Source of the DNA: Chiloscyllium plagiosum
Lineage: Eukaryota
Reading direction: 5' to 3'
NCBI RefSeq assembly: GCF_004010195.1
Contig: NW_025213386.1
Coordinates: 1-32,697, forward strand
DNA length: 32,697 bases
Of the stretch, positions 10,498-20,769 are shown in pieces (position 1 is the first letter of the stretch; every line of letters begins with the position of its first letter). The notes below the pieces were generated by a model, which saw only the letters and a list, made by a program, of their open reading frames with translations, did no database searches and had not been told where the DNA came from. The translations under genes and the position numbers were made by a program.

Positions 10498-11006
10498 TTT
10501 TTTTATTTTTTTATATTTTTTTTTCTTTATTTTTCTTAGGAAAACACCCGGGTGGCCAGTGACAAGCACTGCCCTTCACATCAAAGGGCAGTGCTGTGTT
10601 AGATCTCCTGTTTATTTTTTTTTAACCCCCACACTACCGCCTAAGTGCGGTAGCGCTTATTTTTCCCCCAGCACCCATGGTGTGTGTGTGCAGGTGTGAG
10701 ACACAGTGAAAGAAACAAAGTGCACCAATCTTTATTCAATTTCCATCACCAGGCAGATAGGAAAACACCCGGGTGGCCAGTGACAAACACTGCCCTTCAC
10801 ATCAAAGGGCAGTGCTGTGTGATCAAAACAGTGAAGGGGAGGGTAGGGACTAAATCAAAATAGAATTGGAGGGAGAAATGATGCACTCCACTCCCTGCGG
10901 GGCCCACCTCTCCCTGAACAACTCCAGGGTGTTGGTTGACACCGCGTGCTCCTTCTCCAAGGACACCCGGGCCCTAACGTAGCCGCGGAAGAGGGGCAGG
11001 CAGTCG
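10498..11006 (-). mobile_element. 5'-truncated Tx1/L1-clade LINE inserted in the HE1 tail
   Basis: 16-bp TSD ACTGTAGGGATTCTAT at 10482-10497 and 11007-11022. Minus-strand DCLPLFRGYVRARVSLEKEHAVSTNTLELFRERWAPQGVECIISPSNSILI*. A-rich tail at 10498-10537. Confidence 0.85.
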
Positions 11007-11180
11007 ACTGTAGGGATTCTATGATTCTATGAAGTCAGACAGCATGTGTAGACAGAACAGATTTGATCCTGTTTCATGTGTGGACCCTTAAACACAATTG
11101 AAAAGCATTTCCCACACATGGAATTTTAACAGATTAGGAATTCGGGGAACAGAAGGACAATCAGTACCAAGTTAGGGTTT

Positions 11181-11420
11181 GTTGGACAGGAGAGGAGGCA
11201 AATCTTTTCACCCAGAGGGTGATAGGATCTGGAACTCCCTGCCTAAAAAGGATAATAAAGGCAGAAACCCTCAACTCATTGAAGAAGTGTCTGGATAATT
11301 GTTTTAAGTGCTGTAACCTGCAGGTCTACAGACCACCTGCTGGAAATTTGGATTAGGTCAAGTGATTTGTTTCTTGGCTGATACAGACACTATTCAGAAA
11401 CATTCATCCCCGTCATGTTC
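11181..11420 (+). mobile_element. Old CR1 3'-end fragment
   Basis: TTCACCCAGAGGGTGATAGGATCTGGAACTCCCTGCCT encodes FTQRVIGSGTPC/WNSLP, the CR1 ORF2 C-terminal motif. Confidence 0.7.
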
Positions 11421-11974
11421 TATAATAGTTAGATGGTCAGTTTACTTGCTAATCTTCGAAGTCAAACATTATTCGTTGTATTTACCAATACAGTAAGACA
11501 GTTACTGTTGCAATATCATACTGGTAATGATGAATACAACACCACATTTTCAAAGTGTTATTACTGACGCAGTTGAGATTTTATATTCAGAAATCTAACG
11601 CTGCTTCTAAATTTGTCAACATTGAGTGAATAATATTTGACTGGCTGCAGATTGTAAACTCGTTTAAGCATATCGAGCTGCTATTACATTTGAGCGCACT
11701 GGCATGCACACAAATAGATCATATTTCTTAACCTAAATAGGTAATATATTGACAGCGATGCTGGGCAAGGGTCCTGAGATTAAAACAGGTGAGATTCAAC
11801 CCGCCATTCACTGTTGGCGACACTAACTGACATGCATGTAAGTTTCTGAAGTATTACAAAGTATGCATTGGATATTAGATTGAATATGAAGGGAAATCTG
11901 AATTAGCAAAAAGTAAATCTGCAACAGTTGAAGCGGCAAAATCAGTTGTACTTATACAGGAGCCATTTGTCACA

Positions 11975-12185
11975 CTCATATCCAATGAATGGGCGGAGCT
12001 CATCCTGGCCAGTCCTCATACAGGTCCGTGAGCGGCGGCACATGATCGGAGCCCTGGCCAATCAGGTGGGAGTGGTGGGCGGGGCTGCAGCCATCCCCGC
12101 CCACAACGGTGACGTTTCCCGGCGTATGGCCGGGGATGGCTGTACGTGGCCAATGACCCAGTGGGTATTTGTCGCCGGCAAGAAA
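11975..12185 (+). promoter_or_regulatory. Probable slc26a2 promoter (CpG-rich, TATA-less)
   Basis: Only non-repeat CpG-rich patch in the window. GC boxes GGGCGG at ~11991 and ~12077 (and CCCCGCCC at ~12095), CCAAT boxes at ~11982, ~12058 and ~12150, TGACG half-CRE at ~12110, followed by a consensus splice donor. Confidence 0.7.
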
Positions 12186-12271
12186 TATTGCTCCCGTTTG
12201 TTACATTGTTTCACTTGTAACAAGGCTGTGATTACTTGTTACATTGTAATCATTGCTCAACCTGGCAGTAG
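12180..12271 (+). other. slc26a2: Probable non-coding exon 1 of slc26a2 (5' end approximate)
   Basis: Donor TAG|GTGAGT at 12271/12272; no ATG between 12160 and the donor. Mammalian SLC26A2 also has an untranslated exon 1 and a long intron 1. Confidence 0.65.
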
Positions 12272-12744
12272 GTGAGTGTGGTTTTTTTTCATTGTGCAGC
12301 GATGCAATTCCGTGAGTTGGTTTCATTGAAATTGAGCAGCACGGGATCGCGCCTTCTGTTTCCATGCTGTTAATTACTCAATAGTTTAATAGTTTCCTTA
12401 GTTAACCGTGATCAAAACCACTTCTGCACCTTTCAAAACAAATCTGCTAATAATTCCTTCTGGATGTCAGACGCTGTCCTTTTGAAAGTTAAAGATAACT
12501 TAATCAGATGCCCCAGTAATCAATACCACTGCCTGATGGTGTGACAGTAGGTTCTTTTGTGATGTCGCAGGTACCTGTCAAGCAGGAAAAGTTTATTTGT
12601 ATTAATACTTTCTGCCTGAAGGTGATCTGTGACACACCTCTTGTTTTATCTTAAAGCGAAAGCGGATTGGATATTCAGTTAATTTTGTGCGAGTTTGTGT
12701 GAAATTGAAACTAACCCAGGGGAATCTTAAAAATTTAAGATCAA

Positions 12745-12832
12745 AAACTGCGGTAAACATTCAGCAGGCCTGACAACATCTATGGAGTGAGGAACGGTTA
12801 ATTTTTCAAGTCGGTGACCTTTCATCAGAATT
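12745..12832 (-). mobile_element. PLE 3'-end remnant with hammerhead-type core
   Basis: Minus strand CTGATGA-A-AGGTC-ACC-GACTT-GAAA-AATTA..CTCCATAGATGTTGTCAGGCCTGCTGA. Confidence 0.65.
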
Positions 12833-13390
12833 GGCTTTTCGGCTTGATCTGTTGGCAATTAGTTGAAACTGGGTTTGCACGTTCTGACCTTTCCCTGTCG
12901 GAAAGTTTAGTAACAGACAGAGCAGAATGAAGTTCTGCATATACTATGCAAACCTTAATGGAGCGACACAAACTTTTTTTCAGTTACTTAATTGCTGAAG
13001 CTAATGCAGTTGTGTTGTTGCTTGGCCTTTTGGTACAGAAACATCAGTGGCCCAAAAGGGACACAATGCAATCTTCCTTAGAATGGTGATTAACTTCCAG
13101 GAAGAGCTTGGATTCAGCCAAATTCTTATTGGACAAGGCAGTTAAGGCCCAACAGTTTGAACAAGTATTACAAATGTACTAACATTGGCCTGTCTTTATT
13201 TGGCTGTGGGGAGGGGGTATAGGTGACGCTGTTCAAAAAATGGTCTAACTTTCTGGACTTGCTAACAACTGCTCGTGCTCAAAAAACATAGGTTTAAATA
13301 AATTGTTAGAATGGTTAGACGGGAGAGGAAGCAAATCTTTTCACCCAGAGGATGATAGGATCTGGAACTCCCTGCCTAAAATGGGTAATA

Positions 13391-13830
13391 ATAAAAATAA
13401 TCTGTTTTTATCTGGTGCTTTTCATTACCGAGAATGTGTCCAAGCACTTTATAACCAATGAAGTACTTTTTGAAGTGTGTTAACGCTTGGAATATAGGAA
13501 GCATACCAGTTAATGTGTGCACAACAAATTCCCACAATCTGATAATGACCAGATAATCTGTTTTTATTGTTGATTTGAGGGATAAATATTGGCCAGGGCA
13601 CTGGGGATAAGTCCCTGCTCTTCTTTTGAAATAGCGCCATGGGATTATATTATGCCCACTGGAGAGGGATAACGGGGCCCTGGTTTAATGTCATATCCAA
13701 ATTATGGCATCTCTGACAGTATAACAGCGCAGTACAAGACAAAGTGTTAGCCTTGACTTTTCTACTCTAAACTGGAGTTGAACTTGTACGCTGACTCTCG
13801 GAACTCAGTGAAAATGTTATCAGCTCAGCT
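13391..13830 (-). mobile_element. Deu-domain SINE (SacSINE1-like)
   Basis: CTGCTCTTCTTTTGAAATAGCGCCATGGGAT..GGGGCCCTGGTTTAATGTCATATCC (Deu-like domain), with an L2-like tail towards 13400. Confidence 0.7.
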
Positions 13831-14621
13831 GTGGTGATTCCAATAAGTTTGTTTGCTCCATCTGTTATGTTTAACCGACATGTCTTGGTGCTAAATGTTT
13901 TTAATATTGTCATGGCAGACATGATCAGCAATGTCATATAGCGAGTCACACTTTTTATTTTTATATGTTAATGTCCCATTACCATTTCAGTGTATATGGA
14001 AACTAAAATAAACTTTTTATCATTCTTTAAAAAAACGAATCTGATCATGGCTTCGTAAATTAGGCTGGATCAATATTTTCTGTTGAGGTGGTGGTGGGCT
14101 TTTTCAAAATCATTGTTAGATTATTGAATAAGAATTTTGTAAGCATTTGAAGCCTGTTTATAAAAGGCAAATTGTAAGGAAATAACTTCAGTCTTCAACT
14201 TTCTTCAAGGAAGATCAGGACATTGAATTCTTACCCCAAGGTTGTTCTTTGGTAATTAGTTGTGGATCCTTGGGAATGTGCTGTGATGCTTTTTATTTCG
14301 TGGGTAGGACTACTCGGCTGGAATTTGGATCAAACTCTGTGTCGCTGGCTATAACCTATTCCACATGCTAGTTATCTTGTCAATGAGCTATCACCGCTAC
14401 CCCCACTTCCCATCAAAGGACATAATTCCATAATATTTGTGTTATTGTGGCACTTGTTTACTGTAAATATGCCTTGCATAACTGTTGCTAAGTCAAAAGT
14501 GCAATTATAATTATATCCAAATACTTTTAACTATTTGTTTAACATTGTGGAATGTTCAAAGCCCAAATGTTACATCAGGCGTTTCAATGTAATTTTTTGA
14601 TTAGTTAATTGTTTCATTTGG

Positions 14622-15212
14622 TATGCTTGCCTTTATTGGTCAGTACTTGAGTGTAGGAGTTGGGTGTACAGAACATTGGGTAAGCCACTTTTGAAATACT
14701 GCATTGAATTCCTCTGCTATAGGAAAGATGTTGTGAAATTTGAAGAGATTCAGAAAAGATTTACAAGGATGTTGCCAGGATTGGAGGGTTTCAGCAATAG
14801 GCAAAGGCTAAATAGGCTGGGGCTATTTTTCCTGGAGCGTTGGAAGCTGATGGCGGACCTCTGCAGAGGTTGATGAAATAATGAGGAGCATGGATACGGT
14901 GAATAGCCAGTCTTTTCCTGAGGCTAAGGGAGTCCAAAACTGGAGGCTGTAGGTTTGAGGTGAGACGGGAAAGATTTAAAAGGGAACTAAGAGGCAACCT
15001 TTTCGTCCAATGAGTGGTACGTTATGGAATGAGCTGCCAGAGGAAATGGTTGAGGCCAGTATAATAACTTTTTAAAAAGGCATCTGGATGGGTATATGAA
15101 TAGAATGGTTTAGAGGGCCATATGGGCCGAGTGCTGGCAAATGGGACAGTTTTGGATATCTAGTCGGCATGGATGAGTTGGACCGAGCTGTACATCTCTA
15201 AGACTCTATGAC
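14622..15212 (+). mobile_element. HER1/CR1 3' fragment
   Basis: ORF 14664-14873 (YRKDVVK.E.IQKRFTRMLPGLEG); tail CTCTAAGACTCTATGACT. Confidence 0.9.
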
Positions 15213-16604
15213 TGGACATGAATGGCACAGAAAGAGTAGATGGTGGACTTGTACAAATAATTCAGCAATACAATCATAAGATGATAATCTGGTGGCTCTG
15301 CCTCTGCAGAATGCAGGATCCCTTTGAAACAATGTCTGTTGCCTCGTGAGAAGTTGGCAGAAATTCCAAAGTAGCAACAGAATTTATTTTACTGGGGATA
15401 CTGTTTGCAGATGAGATGTGGAATCATTAATGCACTCCCCAAGCACTGGTCTATTTGGATTATTTCAGTTGCTAAGTACAGCTTGGTGAGCAGAAAATAG
15501 TCCAAGTTATGACTGTTAAGCAATAGGTGTACCTAGCTGTTTGTCTGTTGTAAATGATATGATGGAAATAATCTGCAATGTTGAAGAGGTGGATTGACAG
15601 CATTGGGAACAAAAGCAGGTCTAGATGCTGCTACTTGAAAAAGTTCACTAAGATGATTACAGGGTTACATTATAACAATATTTTAATTTACTTTAATCAT
15701 TTTTATCTGAATCAATTTGTTGGAACAGAGATAACAATCTCTTTATTACTAATTACAGTTTCAACAGTGTATTGCCACCCTGTGGTGATTACAACCAACT
15801 GTTAGATTTGTATAGTATATACACCAGTGTCATGGTCTTGATACCTTCACTAAGTTAGCTGGTTTGTAATTGCATTGCTTCAGATCTTGAGCATGACTGT
15901 AGACCATGCTAGTGCATCAAAACGTAAGTAAACTTCAGTGAAACATTTCTTCCTGTAATTAGGTGATAAAGTTGGCTTGATTTGACTGGTAGAATCCTGG
16001 GTTCTTAGTCAGAGGAAATTGATTTCCAATCTCCTATCAGGACTTGCTACAGAATTTACAGGAAAGGCCTTTTTCATTGTCTGATGAGCCATTAAGCCTT
16101 AAGCCAAGACCCCAGATTGCCTTTTTTTTTCTCTTGGTTTATGCATTTAAGACAGGAATACATATCTAGGCCATCTTCTGAGCTTGACTAATAGCATCAA
16201 ATAAAGAATTAGCCAATCAGAGTATTATATTTTGGATCATTTTGTGCTGATCATTACTGCTGTATTCACCCATGTACAATGGTGACTAGTTGTAAATTAA
16301 TTTTGTGTTATTGTGAAGCATTGAATTTTCCAATATTATTCAGAAAGTAAGGCAGTCCCAGGTTCTTTCCTGATTATTAACTGTCATCTTAAATATCTGT
16401 TGTCTGCTTCCAATAATAAATGAGGATTTATAGATGCATCTGTCACTAAGGTTAAAATCCTCATACATGCCTTTGTCAGTATAATGGAGTTTTTGTGTAA
16501 TCAGTCCCTTAAGTTAATTAGTTTTTGTTTGTGGAAAAGAAGTTAGTTTTCTTCCTGTGTTTGCTTTTTTTTTAGTGTCACTACATTTACAGAAGAGGTT
16601 GATT

Positions 16605-16785
16605 AGCGTATGGCTGGTTTGCAGTATTAGTTCAATTCCTGCACCAGCTGAGGTTACTAGGAGATTGTTCTTCTCTCAACCTCCTCTCCTTGGTGACCTT
16701 CCGGTTAAACCACCACTAGTTGTCTCTCTTTTGTGAGAGAGCGGCCCTGTGGTCCAGTAAGAGTATGGTGACTTTAACTTTACAT
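16605..16785 (+). mobile_element. Short SINE-like repeat
   Basis: B-box-like AGTTCAATTCC, TCTCTC/GAGAGA stem, and tail GACTTTAACTTTAC. Confidence 0.45.
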
Positions 16786-16989
16786 TAATAGGTGTGGATT
16801 TATCAATCACAAAGGGACCGCGCACACTCTGACTTTCCAAAATGTGGCTTCCTAAGATTTAACTACCACAGACCATGAATTCCCTCTTTTTATGTGACTA
16901 TAAATTTAGTGTCACCTCTGGCATCCTCCAACAGAGATCAGTCAATTAAGTTGAAGATTTCTCACAGACTGTAAAGTAGGGATTTGTTT

Positions 16990-17430
16990 TTTCATGGAAT
17001 GCGGATATCCTCCCTAATTGTGCAGAGGACAATTAAGAGTCAACTACATTACAGTGGGTCTGAAAGCACGTTTAGGCCAGACCCAGGTCTATTGGTGCAG
17101 CTCGGTGGCTCAGTGGCACTGCTGCTTCACAGTGCCAGGGATCTGGGTTCGATTCCACTCTTGGGCAACTGTCTGTGTGGAGCTTCTACATTCTCCTCGT
17201 GCCTGTGTGGGTTTCCTCCGGGTGCTCTGGTTTCCTCCCTAGTACAAAGATGTGCAGGTTAGGTGATTTTGCCATGCTAAATTACCCATCATTTGCTTCC
17301 ATGCTGCAGGGATTCCATGATTCAGGTAAGGACAACTGTTCCCTTCCCTAAGAACGTTTAGTGAACAAAATGGGCCTTTACAACCATCTACAATAGTTTA
17401 ATCCAGCAATAATACCACTAGGGCATCACC
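16990..17430 (-). mobile_element. tRNA-derived SINE (family of 5315-5615) interrupted by HE1
   Basis: AGAGTCAACTACATT..GTGGGTCTGAAAGCAC..TAGGCCAGACC|CAGGTAAGGAC matches 5390-5445. Confidence 0.6.
17089..17322 (+). mobile_element. HE1 SINE with internal deletion
   Basis: A-box GGTGGCTCAGTGG, B-box GGTTCGATTCC, V-domain, tail GGGATTCCATGATT; direct repeat CAGGT at 17084-17088 and 17323-17327. Confidence 0.85.
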
Positions 17431-18973
17431 TTGTTCTTCGAATTTGCAGTATAATCACTACCCAGAAAAAAGGCAAATCCAGATTGAGGTTTACATACTG
17501 ACTTAAAAATAAACTGAAAAATCATAAATTTAAAATATGTAAAAATCATACAATTTTCAACTTAATCTTCAGAGGAATAAAACCCCATACTTGCAAAATA
17601 AGCTTTTCAGGGCAAGAAAGGTTGTTTGAAGAGTTATGAATGGCCATATTGTTTAAAAGCTCAATTGCATCTGTAAGTCATTTCTCTTCATTTATACAAA
17701 AAAAAATCAAATTTGAACTTAACACAGAATCAGTGAATTAGTATTGATTACATCTGTGAAGACAGCAATAGCGTAACATGGGGGACAGGGTATATCTAAC
17801 AGTGAGTTCCAGCTTTGTATGTTTTAAGCATGCAAAAGCATGGTAGAAATTGCTATTGGTTGAACATAGTAATGGTGGCGAGCGCTGACAGCTTTGACAT
17901 TTACAAACGCAAATTCCAGACCTGTAGAAAGGAATTTGTTTCTTTGCTATATATCAAAAATAGTGGCTCAGAAAATGTTACCAAAATTTACAATTAGATA
18001 TATTCTAATCTTGTTGTTTTGGTATAATCAACAAGAAATTCATATTGTCATATTACCACTCATCATAAGATGTGAAAGATAAAATTAGTAAATTCATATT
18101 CTTTGACTGTATTACCTCTTATACTGAAATGTTATTTTAAAAATAAGACTTACCAGTATTTTTTAAGATATTATTAATGTGTATTGTTTCATATATAATG
18201 TCTAGATTGAAATTTGTTTCATGGTCAACCTTCAATTGCTATCATACTTCCATAATTCTCTTCACAACTTTCTATGCGAATAATAAAATGGTTTTATCTC
18301 GACGTAAAACTGTTAAAATTAAGCAGGTCAGGTGCATTACAAGAAACTGCTGTTGGTGCTGCTTATAAAATGATTAACATCTCTGAAAAAAATGACTTTG
18401 AATTTGGCACCCAAATTTTTAGCTCTGTATGAAAGCACATTTTGGAAAGGTTCCCACATTTTCTATCAGATTACAGTTTCAGAATATAGTAACAATGTAA
18501 AATATTAATTTGCAGTGGATAGTGTCCAAAATTCAGTCAGCACTATTGAACGGGAAGGTGTAACTGGTGGTAAAACTGTGGGGTAGTTTTAGTTCTCTAT
18601 CACCAGCCAGGAACATTTTGTGATGTGGACATGTGCCAGAATTGCTAAGTAAATGTTTTGAATTATTACTGCTCTTTTTTTTTAAGCACCTTATGCATTA
18701 AGACTAAAATGGTGATATTCTTTTCAGGAGAAATGTTGATAGAGCCCTTGGCATGCTGCTTGATGTTATTTGAACTGTGCCACGCAATCTTAACCATCCA
18801 TCTGAGCTGCTCAAATGGACCTTTTTCTGAGTCTGATATTTTCCAGCAATGCAGCATTCTTAGTATTGAAATTGTGTAAAGCATAAACCTAATTCCAGGG
18901 TGGGAGCTTGACCCCATTTAACATTTGATTCAGATGAGAGTTTCAGCTACCAAGTGGGTCAAGCTAATAACTT

Positions 18974-19552
18974 TTGCCATTTACGTATAAGAGTTGGGAC
19001 GTTATGTTGAGATTATACAGGACATTGGTGAAGCCTCTTCTGGGGGACTGTGTCCAGTTCCGGTCACCCTATTATAGGAAGGATATTGTTAATTTGAAGA
19101 AGGTTCAGAAAAGATTTACTAGGATGTTAACAGGAATGGAGGATTTGAGTTATAAAGATAGGCTGGGACTTTTTTTTCATTTGGAATGTAGAAGGTTAGG
19201 GGGTGACCTTATTGAGGTTTATAAAATCATGAGGGATATAGATAAGGTGAATGGCAGATGTATTTTCCCTGTGGTGGGTGATTTCAATATTAGGGAGCAT
19301 ATTTTTACAGTGAGACAAGAAAAATTTATAAAATGGAAAGGAGGGACAAACCATGCACAGAATGGTTCATGTGTGAAATGAACTTCCAAAAGAAGTGGTG
19401 CATGCAGGTACAGTTGTATCATTTAAAAGAAATTTGGATAAGTACATGAATAAGAAATGATTGGAGAGGTGTGGGCCAATCACAGGCAGGTGGGATTAGT
19501 TTTGTTTGGAATAATGGCCAACATGGACTGGTTGGACCGAAGCCATGACTGT
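18974..19552 (+). mobile_element. HER1/CR1 3' fragment
   Basis: ORF 18974-19381 (YKSWDVMLRLYRTLVKP..SPYYRKDI..VQKRFTRML..GDLIEVYKIM). Confidence 0.9.
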
Positions 19553-19619
19553 ATTCAATGGCAGCAGCTTCCACTGTAATCTGGGGAATGGATTTTTCAG
19601 ACTAATAACATTTTAAGTT

Positions 19620-19850
19620 GGAAAAGTAAGTTCTCATCTCTATCTTTTGTATTTAAACTGAATCTTCTCATGCTAGACTCCCCCACAAAGAGAAGGTGTC
19701 TTCTCAGTATTCACCCCTTCATTCCCCTCAGTTTCTTGTATGCACTTGTCATTCTTCCAAACTGCAATGTGAATAGACCTAACTTGCTCAACCTTTGCTT
19801 GTAAGACAACCCTACATCTCGAGAACCTGTGAAGATAGCTTTCTTTGAAT
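19620..19850 (-). mobile_element. Old CR1 fragment
   Basis: Minus-strand GLSYKQRLSKLGLFTLQ (ORF 19711-19893). Confidence 0.7.
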
Positions 19851-20099
19851 TACTTCGAATGAAAATATCTTGAAATGAAATGAGATTATTCAATTTAATT
19901 CAATTCAATCAATACAAAGCAGATAGGTATGAAATATTTGATGTAACATTTATGATTACATTCCTGATGTTAAGTTCTAATTTGATAATTAGTCAAGGAC
20001 TAATTCATTGGCCAAACTGTCTGACTAACTCTTTGTAAAAGTGGATCGTGATTCTTCCAGCTTCTAAGGAGTGACTTTCTTTTTTGTTTGGATGATAGA

Positions 20100-20480
20100 T
20101 CAAAATTTAAAAGCTTGTGTAATGTTTTTTTGGAAGTGAAGGAGCTCAGCTCAGGGCAGAGGTGGGCAATGTTTCAATGGTATAAAAAGAGTAGTGTTAA
20201 TATTAGATAGGACATGATTTGTTTAACAAGCAGTCCAGGGTCAAATAGAATGTCAAGAATGCAAATAACCAGGGTTCAACCTAAAGATTGTGACTGTCCT
20301 AAAAGAATCAGTGGCAAAGCAGAAGAGCTTGTTACTGGAACCAAAACTAATATTGACCTTCCAGATAATTAGCTTTAGAAAGTCCTAACTCATTCAGGAG
20401 TTGATATCAGATAGACATAGGTGTTGGCTAAGGAGTCAAAAGCAGAGGTAGAGCTTGGTGTAGATGTTAAAATGGATTTG
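20100..20480 (-). mobile_element. Possible very old L2 LINE remnant
   Basis: Minus-strand RILDILFDPGL..SCPI..TTLFIPLKHC recalls L2 RNLGV.FD..LSF..HI....AYFHLRNI. Weak. Confidence 0.35.
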
Positions 20481-20769
20481 GATCTATTGTCATGGTGCAC
20501 CACGTCCATTAGGAATAAAGAACTATTAATATGCTGACTTAATTTGAATTTCGGTAAATTCAGCTGTGAAATTTGTTCTCAGATTGTACAACAAAAGTTT
20601 TTTTTGTCAAATGAGGTTAAACAGTGTCACATGAAGTTAGTGTCAATATCTAAATTAGCTATTGTTAAGCAGAAGACTGAGATTAATCAATAAATGTGTT
20701 TTTAATTATGTGATTATAACTAAGCTAAATTAATCATGAAATGTTAGTTTCCCTACTAATTCTGCACAT

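Noticed and set aside
11928..12275. 115-aa ORF over the promoter
   Set aside because: Starts at a non-ATG codon, has no recognisable homology, and ends in the splice donor; expected by chance in GC-rich sequence.
17095..17170. tRNA-like A/B boxes (also at ~10200)
   Set aside because: HE1 SINE heads followed by V-domain and LINE-like tail; no full cloverleaf.
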